Of a stretch of 64,000 bases of DNA, positions 17,901 to 35,319 are shown piece after piece. This stretch comes from Eledone cirrhosa (Eukaryota): positions 162,564,001 through 162,628,000 of the forward strand of contig OZ024743.1 of NCBI GenBank assembly GCA_964016885.1, in the 5' to 3' direction. Position numbers and translations under genes: made by a program. Position 1 is the first letter of the stretch. Each line of letters begins with the position of its first letter. The notes beneath the pieces were generated by a model. The model saw nothing but the letters and a program-made list of their open reading frames with translations, searched no databases and was not told the DNA's origin.

Positions 17901-20900
17901 ACTGACCATTGAGATGACCAGACCACCACACTCTCGATCAAATAACCAGACCACCACGCTGTCCATTGAAATAACTAGACCACCACACTGACCATTTAGA
18001 TAACCAGACCACCACACTGTCCATTTAGATAACCAGTCCACCACACTGTCCATCAGATAACCAGAGGACCACACTGACCATCTAGATAACCAGACCACTA
18101 CAGTGACGATTTAGATAACCAGACCACCACACTGACCATTTAGATAACCAGACCACCACACTCCCCATTCAGATAACCAGACCACCACACTGTCCATCTA
18201 GATATCCAGACCACCACACTGACCATTGAGATGACCAGACCATCACACTCTCCATCAAATAACCAGACGACCACAGTGTCCATTGAGATAACCAAACCAC
18301 CACATTGTCCATTGAGATAACCAGACCACCATACTGACCATTTAGATAACCAGACCATCACACTGACCATTGAATAACCAGAACACCACACTGACCATCT
18401 AGATAACCAGACCACCACACTGTCCATTTAGATAACCAGACTATCACACTGTCCATTTAGACAACCAGACCACCACACTGACCATTGAGATTACAAGACC
18501 ACCACACTGACCATCTAGATAACCAGACCACCAGACTGTCCAATTAGATAACCAGACCACCACACTGTCCATTAGATAACAAGACCACCACACTGACCAT
18601 CTAGTTAACCAGACCACACTGACCATTGAGATGACCAGACGACCACATTTTCCGTTAAACAACCAGACCACCACACTGTCCGTTTAGATAACCAGAGCAC
18701 CACACTGTCCATTTAGATAACCAGACCACCACACTGACCCATTAGATAACCAGACCATCACACTGTCCATTTAGATAACCAGACCACCACGCTGTTCATT
18801 TAGATAACCAAACCAGCACACGGACCATTTAGATAACCAGACCACCACACTGACCATTTAGATAACCAGACGACCAAACTCTCCATTTAGATAACCAGAC
18901 CATCAGACTGACCATTTAGATAACCAGACCACCACACTGACCATTGAGATAACCAGACCACCACACTGTCCATCAGATGACCTGACGACCACATTTTGCA
19001 TTTAGATAACCAGACCACCACACTGACCATCTAGATGAGCAGACCACCACACTAACTACTGAGATCACCAGACCATCACACTGTCCATTGAGATAACCAG
19101 ACCACCACACTGTCCATTGAGATATCCAGACCACCACACTGATCATTTAGATAACCAGACCATCACACTGACCATGGAGATAAGCAGACAAACCACACTG
19201 ACCATCTAGATAACCAAACCACCACACTGTCCATCAGATATGCAGACGACCACACTGTCCACTTAGATAACCAGACCACCACATTGTCCATTTAGATAAC
19301 CAGACCATCACACTGTCCATCAGATAACCAGACGACCACACTTCCATTTAGATAACCAGACCTTCACACTGTCCATTGAGATGACCAGACCACCACACTG
19401 CCCATTTAGATAACCAGACCACCACACTGTCCATCAGATAATCAGACGACCACACTGTCCATTTAGATAACCAGACCACCACACTGTCCATCAGATAATC
19501 AGACGACCACACTGTCCAGTTAGATAACCAGACCACCACACTGTCCATCAGATAATCAGACGACCACACTGTCCATTTAGATAACCAGACCACCACACTG
19601 TCCATCAGATAATCAGACGACCACACTGTCCATTTAGATAACCAGACCACCACACTGTCCATCAGATAATCAGACGACCACACTGTCCATTTAGATAACC
19701 AGACCACCACACTGACCATTTAGATAACCAGGCCACCACACTGTCCATTCAGATAATCAGACCACCACACTGACCATTGCGATTACAAGACCACCACACT
19801 GACAATTTAGATAACCAGACCACCACACTGTCCATTTAGATAACCAGACCACCACACTGACCATTTAGATAACCAGACCACCACACTGTCCATTCAGATA
19901 ACCCAACCACCACACTGTCAATTGAGATAACCAGACCACCACATTGTCCATTGAGATAACCAGACCACCACACTGACGAATTAGATAACCGGACCATCAC
20001 ACTGTCCATAGAGAGAACCAAGCCACCACATTTTCCATTGAGATAACCAGACCACCACACTGACAATTTAGATAACCAGACGACCACACTGTCCATTTAG
20101 ATAACCAGACCACCACACTGTCCATCAGATAATCAGACGACCACACTGTCCATTTAGATAACCAGACCACCACACTGACCATTTAGATAACCAGACCACC
20201 ACACTGTCCATTTAGATATCTATACCACCACTCTCCATTGAGATAACCAGGCCACCACACTGTCCATTCAGATAATCAGACCACCACACTGACCATTGCG
20301 ATTACAAGACCACCACACTGACAATTTAGATAACCAGACCACCACACTGTCCATTTAGATAACCAGACTACCACACTGACCATTTAGATAACCAGACCAC
20401 CACACTGTCCATTCTGATAACCCGACCACCACACTGTCAATTGAGATAACCAGACCACCACATTGTCCATTGAGATAACCAGACCACCACACTGACGAAT
20501 TAGATAACCGGACCATCACACTGTCCATAGAGAGAACCAAGCCACCACATTTTCCATTGAGATAACCAGACCACCACACTGACAATTTAGATAACCAGAC
20601 GACCACACTGTCCATTTAGATAACCAGACCACCACACTGTCCATCAGATAATCAGACGACCACACTGTCCATTTAGATAACCAGACCACCACACTGTCCA
20701 TTTAGATATCTATACCACCACTCTCCATTGAGATAACCAGGCCACGTCACTGTCCATTCAGATAATCAGACCACCACACTGACCATTGCGATTACAAGAC
20801 CACCACACTGACAATTTAGATAACCAGACCACCACACTGTCCATTTAGATAACCAGATTACCACACTGACCATTTAGATAACCAGACCACCACACTGTCC

Positions 20901-23900
20901 ATTCAGATAACCCGACCACCACACTGTCAATTGAGATAACCAGACCACCACATTGTCCATTGAGATAACCAGACCACCACACTGACGAATTAGATAACCG
21001 GACCATCACACTGTCCATAGAGAGAACCAAGCCACCACATTTTCCATTGAGATAACCAGACCACCACACTGACAATTTAGATAACCAGACGACCACACTG
21101 TCCATTTAGATAACCAGACCACCACACTGTCCATCAGATAATCAGACGACCACACTGTCCATTTAGATAACCAGACCACCACACTGTCCATTTAGATATC
21201 TATACCACCACTCTCCATTGAGATAACCAGGCCACCTCACTGTCCATTCAGATAACCATACCACCACACTGTCCATTTAGATAACCAGACCACCACATTG
21301 TCCATTGAGATAACCATACCACCACACTGTCCATTTAGATAACCAGACCACCACAGTGACCATTTAGATTACCATACCACCACACTGACCATATAGATAA
21401 CCAGACCACCACACTGACCATTTAGATAACCAGACCACCACACTGACCAAATAGATAACCAGACCACCACACTGACCATTTAGATAACCAGACCACCACA
21501 CTGACAATTTAGATAACCAGACGACCACACTTTCCATCTAGATAACCAGACCACCACACAGACCAATTAGATAACCAGACCACCACATTGTCCATTGAGA
21601 TAACCATACCACCATACTGTCCATTTAGATAACCAGACCACCACAGTGACCATTTAGATTACCAGACCACCACGCTGACCATATAGATAACCAGACCACC
21701 ACACTGACCATTTAGATAACCAGACCACCACACTGACCATATAGATAACCAGACCACCACACTGACCATTTAGATAACCAGACCACCACACTGACCATTT
21801 AGACAACCAGATCACCACACTGACCATATAGATAACCAGACCACCACACTGACCATTTAGATAAGCAAACCAACACACTGACCATATAGATAACCAGACC
21901 ACCACACTGACCATTTAGATAACCAGACAACCACACTGACCATTTAGATAACCATACCACCACACTGACCATTTAGATAACCAGACCACCACACTGTCCA
22001 TTTAGATAACCAGACCACCACACTGCCCATTGAGATAACGACACCACAACACTGACCAATTAGATAACCAGACCACCACACTGACCATGTACATGACCAG
22101 ACCACCACACTAACTATTGAGATAACCAGACCACCACACTGACCATTTAGATAACCAGACCACCATACTGACCATTGAGATAACCAGACCACCACACTGT
22201 CCATTTAGATAACCAGACTATCACACTGTCCATTTAGATAACCAGACCACGACACTGTCCATCAGATAACCAGTCCACTACACTTTCCATTTAGATAACC
22301 AGACCATCACACTGTCCATTGAGATAACCAGACCACCACACCGTCCATTAGATAACCAGACCACCACACTGACCATTGAGATGACCAGACCACCACACTG
22401 TCAATCAGATAACCAGACCAGCACACTGTCCATTTGGATAACCAGACCAACACACTGTCCTTCAGATAACCCGAAGACCAGACTAACCATCTAGATAACC
22501 AGACCACCACACTGACCATTGAGATTACAAGACCACCACAATGACCATCAAATAACCAGACCACCACACTAACAATTTAGATAACCAAACCACCTCACTG
22601 TCCATCAGATAACCAGACGACCACACTGACCATCTAGATAACCAGATCACCACACTGACCGATTAGATAACCAGACCACCACACTGACCATCTAGATGAG
22701 CAGACCACCACACTAACTACTGAGATCACCAGACCCTCACACTGTCCATTGAGATATCCAGACCACCACACTGATCATTTAGATAACCAGACCATCACAC
22801 TGACTATTGAGATAAGCAGACAAACCACACTGACCATCTAGATAACCAAACCACCACACTGTCCATCAGATATGCAGACGACCACACTGTCCACTCAGAT
22901 AACCAGACGACCACACTTCCATTTAGATAACCAGACCTTCACACTGTTCATTGAGATGACCAGACCACCACACTGCCCATTTAGATAACCAGACCACCAC
23001 ACTGTCCATTTAGATATCTATACCACCACTCTCCATTGAGATAACCAGGCCACCACACTGTCCATTCAGATAATCAGACCACCACACTGACCAATTACAT
23101 AACCAGACCATCACACTGTCCATTGAGATAACCAGAGCACCACACTTTCCATTCAGATAACCAGACCACCACACTGACCATTGCGATTACAAGACCACCA
23201 CACTGACAATTTAGATAACCAGACCACCACACTGTCCATTTAGATAACCAGACTACCACACTGACCATTTAGATAACCAGACCACCACACTGTCCATTGA
23301 GATAAACCAGACCACCACACTGTCCATTGAAATAACTAGACTACCACACTGACCATCTAGATAACCAGACCACCACACTCCCCATTCAGATAACCAGACC
23401 ACCACACTGTCCATCTAGATATCCAGACCACCACACTGACCATTGAGATGACCAGACCACCACACTCTCGATCAAATAACCAGACCACCACGCTGTCCAT
23501 TGAAATAATTAGACCACCACACTGACCATTTAGATAACCAGACCACCACACTGTCCATTTAGATAAGCAGTCCACCACACTGTCCATCAGATAACCAGAG
23601 GACCACACTGACCATCTAGATAACCAGACCACTACACTGACGATTTAGATAACCAGACCACCACACTGACCATTTAGATAACCAGACCACCACACTCCCC
23701 ATTCAGATAACCAGACCACCACACTGTCCATCTAGATATCCAGACCACCACACTGACCATTGAGATGACCAGACCATCACACTCTCCATCAAATAACCAG
23801 ACGACCACAGTGTCCATTGAGATAACCAAACCACCACATTGTCCATTGAGATAACCAGACCACCACACTGACCATTTAGATAACCAGACCATCACACTGA

Positions 23901-26900
23901 CCATTGAATAACCAGAACACCACACTGACCATCTAGATAACCATACCACCACACTGTCCATTTAGATAACCAGACTATCACACTGTCCATTTAGACAACC
24001 AGACCACCACACTGACCATTGAGATTACAAGACCACCACACTGACCATATAGATAACCAGACCACCACACTGACATATTTAGATAAGCAAACCAACACAC
24101 TGACCATATAGATAACCAGACCACCACACTGACCATTTAGATAACCAGACAACCACACTGACCATTTAGATAACCATACCACCACACTGACCATTTAGAT
24201 AACCAGACCACCACACTGTCCATTTAGATAACCAGACCACCACACTGCCCATTGAGATAACGACACCACAACACTGACCAATTAGATAACCAGACCACCA
24301 CACTGACCATGTACATGACCAGACCACCACACTAACTATTGAGATAACCAGACCACCACACTGACCATTTAGATAACCAGACCACCATACTGACCATTGA
24401 GATAACCAGACCACCACACTGTCCATTTAGATAACCAGACTATCACACTGTCCATTTAGATAACCAGACCACCACACTGTCCATCAGATAACCAGTCCAC
24501 TACACTTTCCATTTAGATAACCAGACCATCACACTGTCCATTGAGATAACCAGACCACCACACCGTCCATTAGATAACCAGACCACCACACTGACCATTG
24601 AGATGACCAGACCACCACACTGTCAATCAGATAACCAGACCAGCACACTGTCCATTTGGATAACCAGACCAACACACTGTCCTTCAGATAACCCGAAGAC
24701 CAGACTAACCATCTAGATAACCAGACCACCACACTGACCATTGAGATTACAAGACCACCACAATGACCATCAAATAACCAGACCACCACACTAACAATTT
24801 AGATAACCAAACCACCTCACTGTCCATCAGATAACCAGACGACCACACTGACCATCTAGATAACCAGATCACCACACTGACCGATTAGATAACCAGACCA
24901 CCACACTGACCATCTAGATGAGCAGACCACCACACTAACTACTGAGATCACCAGACCCTCACACTGTCCATTGAGATATCCAGACCACCACACTGATCAT
25001 TTAGATAACCAGACCATCACACTGACTATTGAGATAAGCAGACAAACCACACTGACCATCTAGATAACCAAACCACCACACTGTCCATCAGATATGCAGA
25101 CGACCACACTGTCCACTCAGATAACCAGACGACCACACTTCCATTTAGATAACCAGACCTTCACACTGTTCATTGAGATGACCAGACCACCACACTGCCC
25201 ATTTAGATAACCAGACCACCACACTGTCCATTTAGATATCTATACCACCACTCTCCATTGAGATAACCAGGCCACCACACTGTCCATTCAGATAATCAGA
25301 CCACCACACTGACCAATTACATAACCAGACCATCACACTGTCCATTGAGATAACCAGAGCACCACACTTTCCATTCAGATAACCAGACCACCACACTGAC
25401 CATTGCGATTACAAGACCACCACACTGACAATTTAGATAACCAGACCACCACACTGTCCATTTAGATAACCAGACTACCACACTGACCATTTAGATAACC
25501 AGACCACCACACTGTCCATTGAGATAAACCAGACCACCACACTGTCCATTGAAATAACTAGACTACCACACTGACCATCTAGATAACCAGACCACCACAC
25601 TCCCCATTCAGATAACCAGACCACCACACTGTCCATCTAGATATCCAGACCACCACACTGACCATTGAGATGACCAGACCACCACACTCTCGATCAAATA
25701 ACCAGACCACCACGCTGTCCATTGAAATAATTAGACCACCACACTGACCATTTAGATAACCAGACCACCACACTGTCCATTTAGATAAGCAGTCCACCAC
25801 ACTGTCCATCAGATAACCAGAGGACCACACTGACCATCTAGATAACCAGACCACTACACTGACGATTTAGATAACCAGACCACCACACTGACCATTTAGA
25901 TAACCAGACCACCACACTCCCCATTCAGATAACCAGACCACCACACTGTCCATCTAGATATCCAGACCACCACACTGACCATTGAGATGACCAGACCATC
26001 ACACTCTCCATCAAATAACCAGACGACCACAGTGTCCATTGAGATAACCAAACCACCACATTGTCCATTGAGATAACCAGACCACCACACTGACCATTTA
26101 GATAACCAGACCATCACACTGACCATTGAATAACCAGAACACCACACTGACCATCTAGATAACCATACCACCACACTGTCCATTTAGATAACCAGACTAT
26201 CACACTGTCCATTTAGACAACCAGACCACCACACTGACCATTGAGATTACAAGACCACCACACTGACCATCTAGATAACCAGACTACCAGACTGTCCAAT
26301 TAGATAACCAGACCACCACACTGTCCATTAGGTAACAAGACCACCATACTGACCATCTAGTTAACCAGACCACACTGACCATTGAGATGACCAGACGACC
26401 ACATTTTCCGTTAAACAACCAGACCACCACACTGTCCGTTTAGATAACCAGAGCACCACACTGTCCATTTAGATAACCAGACCACCACACTGACCCATTA
26501 GATAACCAGACCATCACACTGTCCATTTAGATAACCAGACCACCACGCTGTTCATTTAGATAACCAAACCAGCACACGGACCATTTAGATAACCAGACCA
26601 CCACACTGACCATTTAGATAACCAGACGACCAAACTCTCCATTTAGATAACCAGACCATCAGACTGACCATTTAGATAACCAGACCACCACACTGACCAT
26701 TGAGATAACCAGACTACCACACTGTCCATCAGATGACCTGACGACCACATTTTGCATTTAGATAACCAGACCACCACACTGACCATCTAGATGAGCAGAC
26801 CACCACACTAACTACTGAGATCACCAGACCATCACACTGTCCATTGAGATAACCAGACCACCACACTGTCCATTGAGATATCCAGACAACCACACTGATC

Positions 26901-29900
26901 ATTTAGATAACCAGACCATCACACTGACCATGGAGATAAGCAGACAAACCACACTGACCATCTAGATAACCAAACCACCACACTGTCCGTCAGTTATGCA
27001 GACGACCACACTGTCCACTTAGATAACCAGACCACCACACTGTCCATCAGATAACCAGACGACCACACTGTCCATTTAGATAACCAGACCACCACACTGT
27101 CCATCAGATAATCAGACGACCACACTGTCCATTTAGATAACCAGACCACCACACTGTCCATCAGATAATCAGACGACCACACTGTCCATTTAGATAACCA
27201 GACTACCACACTGACCATTTAGATAACCAGACTACCACACTGTCCATTTAGATAACCAGACTACCACACTGACCAATTATATAACCAGACCATCACACTG
27301 TCCATTGAGATAACCAGGCCACCACACTGTCCATTCAGATAACCAGACCACCACACTGACCATTGCGATTACTAGACCACCACACTGACAATTTAAATAA
27401 CCAGACCACCACACTGTCCATTTAGATAACCAGACCACCACACTGTCCATTTAGATAACCAGACCACCACACTGTCCATCTAGATAACCAGACCACCACA
27501 CTGTCCACTTAGATAACTAGACTACCACACTGACCATCTAAATAACCAGACCACCACACTGTCCATTTAGATAACCAGACCACCACACTGTCCATTGAGA
27601 TAAACCAGACCACCACACTGTCCATTTAGATAACCAGACCACCACACTGTCCATTGAGATAAACCAGACCACCACACTGTCCATTGAAATAACTAGATTA
27701 CCACACTGACCATCTAGATAACCAGACCACCACACTGTCCATTTAGATAACCAGTCCACCACACTGTCCATCAGATAACCAGAGGACCACACTGACCATC
27801 TAGATAACCAGACCACTACACTGACGATTTAGATAACCAAACCACCACACTGACCATTTAGATAACCAGACCACCACACTCCCCATTCAGATAACCAGAC
27901 CACCACACTGTCCATCTAGATATCCAGACCACCACACTGACCATTGAGATGACCAGACCACCACACTCTCCATCAAATAACCAGACGACCACAGTGTCCA
28001 TTGAGATAACCAAACCACCACATTGTCCATTGAGATAACCAGACCACCACACTGACCATTTAGATAACCAGACCATCACACTGACCATTGAATAACCAGA
28101 CCACCACACTGACCATCTAGATAACCAGACCACCACACTGACCATTTAGATACCAAGACACCCACACTGTACATTTAGATAACCAGACCATCACACTGTC
28201 CATCAGATAACCAGACGACCACACTTTCCATTTAGATAACCAGACCACGACACTGTCCATTGAGATAACCAGACCACCACACTGTCCATTTAGATAACCA
28301 GACCACCACACTGTCCATTTAGATAACCAGACTATCACACTGTCCATTTAGACAACCAGACCACCACACTGACCATTGAGATTACAAGACCACCACACTG
28401 ACCATCTAGATAAGCAGACCACCCGACTGTCCAATTAGATAACCAGACCACCACACTGTCCATTAGATAACAAGACCACCACACTGACCATCTAGTTAAC
28501 CAGACCACACTTACCATTGAGATGACCAGACGACCACATTTTCCGTTAAACAACCAGACCACCACACTGTCCGTTTAGATAACCAGACCACCACACTGTC
28601 CATCAGATAACCAGTCGACAACACTTTACATTTAGATAAACAGACCACCACACTGTCCATTGAGATAACCAGACCACCACACTGTCCATTTAGATGACCA
28701 GACCACCACACTGTCCATTTAGATAACCAGACCACCACACTGACCCATTAGATAACCAGACCATCACACTGTCCATTTAGATAACCAGACCACCACGCTG
28801 TTCATTTAGATAACCAAACCAGCACACGGACCATTTAGATTGCCAGACCACCACACTGACCATTTAGATAACCAGACCACTACACTGACCATTTAGATAA
28901 AGAGACCAGAACACTGACCATTTAGATAACCAGACCACCACACTGACCATTTAGATAACTAGACGACCAAACTCTCCATTTAGATAACCAGACCATCACA
29001 CTGACCATTTAGATAACCAGACCACCACACTGACCATTGAGATAACCAGACCACCACACTGTCCATTGAGATAATCAGACCACCACACTGTCCATTTAGA
29101 TAAACAGACCATCACACTGACCATTTAGATAACCAGACCACCATATGGAACATCTAGATAACCAGACCACCACATTGTCCATTGCGATTTCAAGACCACC
29201 ACAATGTCCATTGCGATAACCAGACCACCACGCTGACCATTTAGATAACCAGACCATCACACTGACCATTGAGATAACCAGACCACCACTCTGACCATTT
29301 AGATTACCAGACCACCACACTGTCCATTTAGATACCAAGACCACCACACTGTCCATCAGATGACCTGACAACCACATTTTCCATTTAGATAACCAGACCA
29401 CCACACTGACCATCTAGATAACCAGACCACTACACTCTCCAATTACAAAACCAGACCATCACACTGTCCATTGAGATAACCAGACCACAACATTTTCCAT
29501 TGAGATAACCACACCACCACTGACCATTTAGATAACCAGACCACCACATTGACCATTTAGATAACCAGACCACTACACTGACCATTTAGATAACCAGACG
29601 ATCACACTTACGATTTAGATAACCAGACCATCACACTGACCATTGAGATAACTAGACCACCAAACTGTCCATTGAGATAATCAGACCACCACACTGTCCA
29701 TTTAGATAACCAAACCATCACACTGACCATTTAGATAACCAGACCACCACTCTAACCATTGAGATAACCAGACCACCACACTGTCCATCTAGATAACCAG
29801 ACCACCACACTGTCCATCTAGATAACCAGACCACCACACTGACCATTTAGATATCCAGACCACCACACTGACCATTTGCATAACCAGACGACCACACTTA

Positions 29901-32900
29901 CCATTTCGATAACCAGACCATCACACTGACCATTGAGATAACCAGACCACCACACTGACCATATAGATCACCAAACCGCTGCACTGACCAATTAGATAAC
30001 CAGACCGCCACACTGACCATTTAGATAACCAGACCACCACACTGACCATTTAGATAACCAGACCACCACACTGACCATTTATATAACCAGACGACCAAAC
30101 TCTCCATTTAGATAACCAGACCACCACACTGACCATTTAGATAACCAGACCACCACACTGACCATTTATATAACCAGACGACCAAACTCTCCATTTAGAT
30201 AACCAGACCACCACACTGACCATTTAGATAACCAGACCACCACACTGACCATATAGATGACCAGACCACCACACTGACCATTTAGATGAGCAAACCACCA
30301 CACTGACCATATAGATAACCAGACCACGACACTGACCATTTAGATAACCAGACAACCACACTGACCATTTAGATAACCAGACCACCACACTGACCATATA
30401 GATAACCAGACCACCACACTGTCCATTGAGATAACGACACCACAACACTGACCAATTAGATAACCAGACCACCACACTGACCATGTGCATGACCAGACCA
30501 CCACACTGACCATCTAGATAACCAGACTACCACACTGTCCATTTAGATAACCAGACTATCACACTGTCCATTTAGATAACCAGACCACCACACTGTCCAT
30601 CAGATAACCAGACCACCACACTGTCCATCAGATAACCAGTCCACTACACTTTCCATTTAGATAACCAGACCATCACACTGTCCATTGAGATAACCAGACC
30701 ACCACACCATCTATTAGATAACCAGACCACCACACTGACCATTGAGATGACCAGACCACCACACTGTCCATCAGATAACCAGACCAGCACACTGTCCATT
30801 TGGATAACCCGACCAACACACTGTCCTTCAGATAACCTGACGACCAGACTAACCATCTAGATAACCAGACCACCACACTGACCATTGAGATTACAAGACC
30901 ACCACAATAACCATCAAATAACCAGACCACCACACTAACAATTTAGATAACCAAACCACCTCACTGTCCGTCAGATAACCAGACGACCACACTGACCATC
31001 TAGATAACCAGATCACCACACTGACCAATTAGATAACCAGACCACCACACTGACCATCTAGATGAGCAGACCACCACACTAACTACTGAGATCACCAGAC
31101 CATCACACTGTCCACTGAGATAACCAGACCTCCACACTGTCCATTGAGATATCCAGACCACCACACTGACCATTTAGATAACCAGACCATCACACTGACC
31201 ATTGACATAAGCAGACAAACCACACTGAACATCTAGATATCAAAACCACCACACTGTCCATCAGATATGCAGACGACCACACTGTCCATCAGATATGCAG
31301 ACAACCACACTGTCCACTTAGATAACCAGACCACCACACTGTCCATTTAGATAACCAGACCATCACACTGTCCATCAGATAACCAGACGACCACACTTCC
31401 ATTTAGATAACCAGACCTTCACACTGTCCATTGAGATGACCAGACCACCACACTGCCCATTTAGATAACCAGACGACCACACTGTCCATTTAGATAACCA
31501 GACCACCACACTGTCCATCAGATAATCAGACGACCACACTGTCCATTTAGATAACCAGACCACCACACTGACCATTTAGATAACCAGACCACCACACTGT
31601 CCATTTAGATATCTATACCACCACTCTCCATTGAGATAACCAGGCCACCACACTGTCCATTCAGATAATCAGACCACCACACTGACCATTTACATAACCA
31701 GACCATCACACTGTCCATTGAGATAACCAGAGCACCACACTTTCCATTCAGATAACCAGACCACCACACTGACCATTGCGATTACAAGACCACCACACTG
31801 ACAATTTAGATAACCAGACCACCACACTGTCCATTTAGATAACCAGACTACCACACTGACCATTTAGATAACCAGACCACCACACTGTCCATTGAGATAA
31901 ACCAGACCACCACACTGTCCATTGAAATAACTAGACCACACTGACCATCTAGATAACCAGACCACCACACTGTCCATTTAGATAACTAGTCCACCACACT
32001 GTCCATCAGATAACCAGAGGACCACACTGACCATCTAGATAACCAGACCACCACACTGTTCATTTTGATAACCAAAGCACCACACTGACCATCTAGATAA
32101 CCAGACCACTACACTGACGATTTAGATAACCAGACCACCACACTGACCATTTAGATAACCAGACCACCACACTCCCCATTCAGATAACCAGACCACCACA
32201 CTGTCCATCTAGATATCCAGACCACCACACTGACCATTGAGATGACCAGACCACCACACTCTCCATCAAATAACCAGACGACCACAGTGTCCATTGAGAT
32301 AACCAAACCACCACATTGTCCATTGAGATAACCAGACCACCACACTGACCATTGAATAACCAGACCACCACACTGACCATCTAGATAACCAGACCACCAC
32401 ACTGTCCATTTAGATACCAAGACCACCACACTGTACATTTAGATAACCAGACCATCACACTGTCCATCAGATAACCAGACGACCACACTTTCCATTTAGA
32501 TAACCAGACCACGACACTGTCCATGGAGATAACCAGACCACCACACTGTCCATTTAGATAACCAGACCACCACACTGTCCGTTTAGATAACCAGACTATC
32601 ACACTGTCCATTTAGACAACCAGACCACCACACTGACCATTGAGATTACAAGACCACCACACTGACCATCTAGATAACCAGACCACCAGACTGTCCAATT
32701 AGATAACCAGACCACCACACTCTCCATTAGATAACAAGACCACCACACTGACCATCTAGTTAACCAGACCACACTGACCATTGAGATGACCAGACGACCA
32801 CACTGTCCATTGAGATAACCAGACCACCACACTGTCCGTTTAGATAACCAGACCACCACACTGTCCATCAGATAACCAGTCGACTACACTTTCCATTTAG

Positions 32901-35319
32901 ATAACCAGACCACCACACTGTCCATTGAGATAACCAGAGCACCACACTGTCCATTTAGATAACCAGACCACCACGCTGTCTATCAGATAACCAGACGACC
33001 ACACTTTCCATTTAGATAACCAGACCACCACACTGACCCATTAGATAACCAGACCATCACACTGTCCATTTAGATAACCAGACCACCACGCTGACCATTT
33101 AGATAACCAGACCATCACACTGACCATTGAGATAAACAGGCCACCACTCTGACCATTTAGATTACCAGACCACCACACTGTCCATTTAGATACCAAGACC
33201 ACCACACTGTCCATTGAGATAACCAGACCACCACACTGTCCATTTAGATAACCAGACCACCACACTGTCCATCAGATGACCTGACGACCACATTTTCCAT
33301 TTAGATAACCAGACCACCACACTGACCATCTAGATAACCAGACCACTACACTCTCCAATTAGAAAACCAGACCATCACACTGTCCATTGAGATAACCAGA
33401 CCACAACATTTTCCATTGAGATAACCACAACACCACTGACCATTTAGATAACCAGACCACCACATTGACCATTTAGATAACCAGACCACTACACTGACCA
33501 TTTAGATAACCAGACGACCACAATTACCATTTAGATAACCAGACCATCACACTAACCATTGAGATAACTAGACCACCAAACTGTCCATTGAGATAATCAG
33601 ACCACCACACTCTCCATTTAGATAACCAAACCATCACACTGACCATTTAGATAACCAGACCACCACTCTAACCATTGAGATAACCAGACCACCACACTGT
33701 CCATCTAGATAACCAGACCACCACACTGACCATTTAGATATCCAGACCACCACACTGACCATTTGCATAACCAGACCACCACACTGACCAATTAGATAAC
33801 CAGACCATCACACTGACCATTGAGATTACTACACCACCACACTGTCCATTGAGATAACCAGACCACCACACTGACCATATAGATCACCAAACCGCTGTAC
33901 TGACCAATTAGATAACCAGACCGCCACACTGACCATTTAGATAACCAGACCACCACACTGACCATTTAGATAACCAGACCACCACACTGACCATTTATAT
34001 AACCAGACGACCAAACTCTCCATTTAGATAACCAGACCATCACACTGACCATTTAGATAACCAGACCACCACACTTTTCATTGAGATAACCAGACCACCA
34101 CACTGACCATTGAGATAATCAGACCACCACACTGTCCATTTACATAACCAGACCATCACACTGACCATTTAGATAACCAGAACAACACACTGACCATTGA
34201 GATAACCAGACCACCATATTGACCATCTAGATAACCAGACAACCACACTGTCTATTGAGATTTCAAGACCACCACAATGTCCATTGCGATAACCAGACCA
34301 CCACACTGACCATTTACATAACCAAACCAACACTCACCAATTAGATAACCAGACCACCACACTGATCATTTAGATAACCAGATCACCACTCTGTCCATCA
34401 GATAACCAGACGACCACACTGACCATTTAGATAACCAGACCAACACTGTCCATTTAGATAACCAGACCACCACACTGACCATTGAGATGACCAGACAACC
34501 ACACTGACCATTGAGATTACTATACCACCACACTGACCATTTAGATAACAGAAGCAACACTCACCAATTAGATAACCAGACCACCACCCTGTCCATTTAG
34601 ATAACCAGATCACCACACTGTCCATTTAGATAACCAGACCACCACACTGACCATTGGAATTACAAGACCACCACACTGTCCATCACATAACCAAACCACC
34701 ACACTGACCATTGAGATGACTAGACCACCACTCTGTCCAGCAGATAACAGGGACCACCACACTGACCATCTAGATAACCAGACCACACTGACCATTGAGA
34801 TGACCAGACGACCACATTCTCCGTTAAACAAGTCCATTTAGATACTGTCCATTTAGATAACCAGACCACGACACTGACCAATTAGATAACCAGACCACCA
34901 CACTGACCATCTACATGACCAGACCACCACACTAACTACTGAGATAACCAGACAACCACACTGACCATTTAGATAACCAGACCACCACACTGACCATCTA
35001 CATGACCAGACCACCACACTAACTACTGAGATAACCAGACAACCACACTGACCATTTAGATAACCAGACCATCACACTGACGATTGAGATAACCAGAGCA
35101 CAACACTGACAAGCTAGATAACCAGACCACCACACTGTCCATCAGATAACCGACGACCACACTTTCCATTTAAATAACCAGAACACCACACTGACCATTT
35201 AGATAACCAGACCACCATATTGAACATCTAGATAACCAGACCACCACATTGTCTATTGCGATTTCAAGACCACCACAATGTCCATTGCGATAACCAGACC
35301 ACCACGCTGACCATTTAGA

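Larger units (their letters stand above)
4678..27403. repeat. Near-identical tandem duplication of an ~11.36-kb higher-order block (4678-16036 and 16037-27403)
   Basis: ORF-track offsets are constant at 11,359 (4732/16091, 7989/19348, 12315/23674), then 11,360 after a 1-bp indel near 24075 (12806/24166, 15634/26994). The rare variant ACCATTCCACC occurs at 4681 and 16040. Confidence 0.95.
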
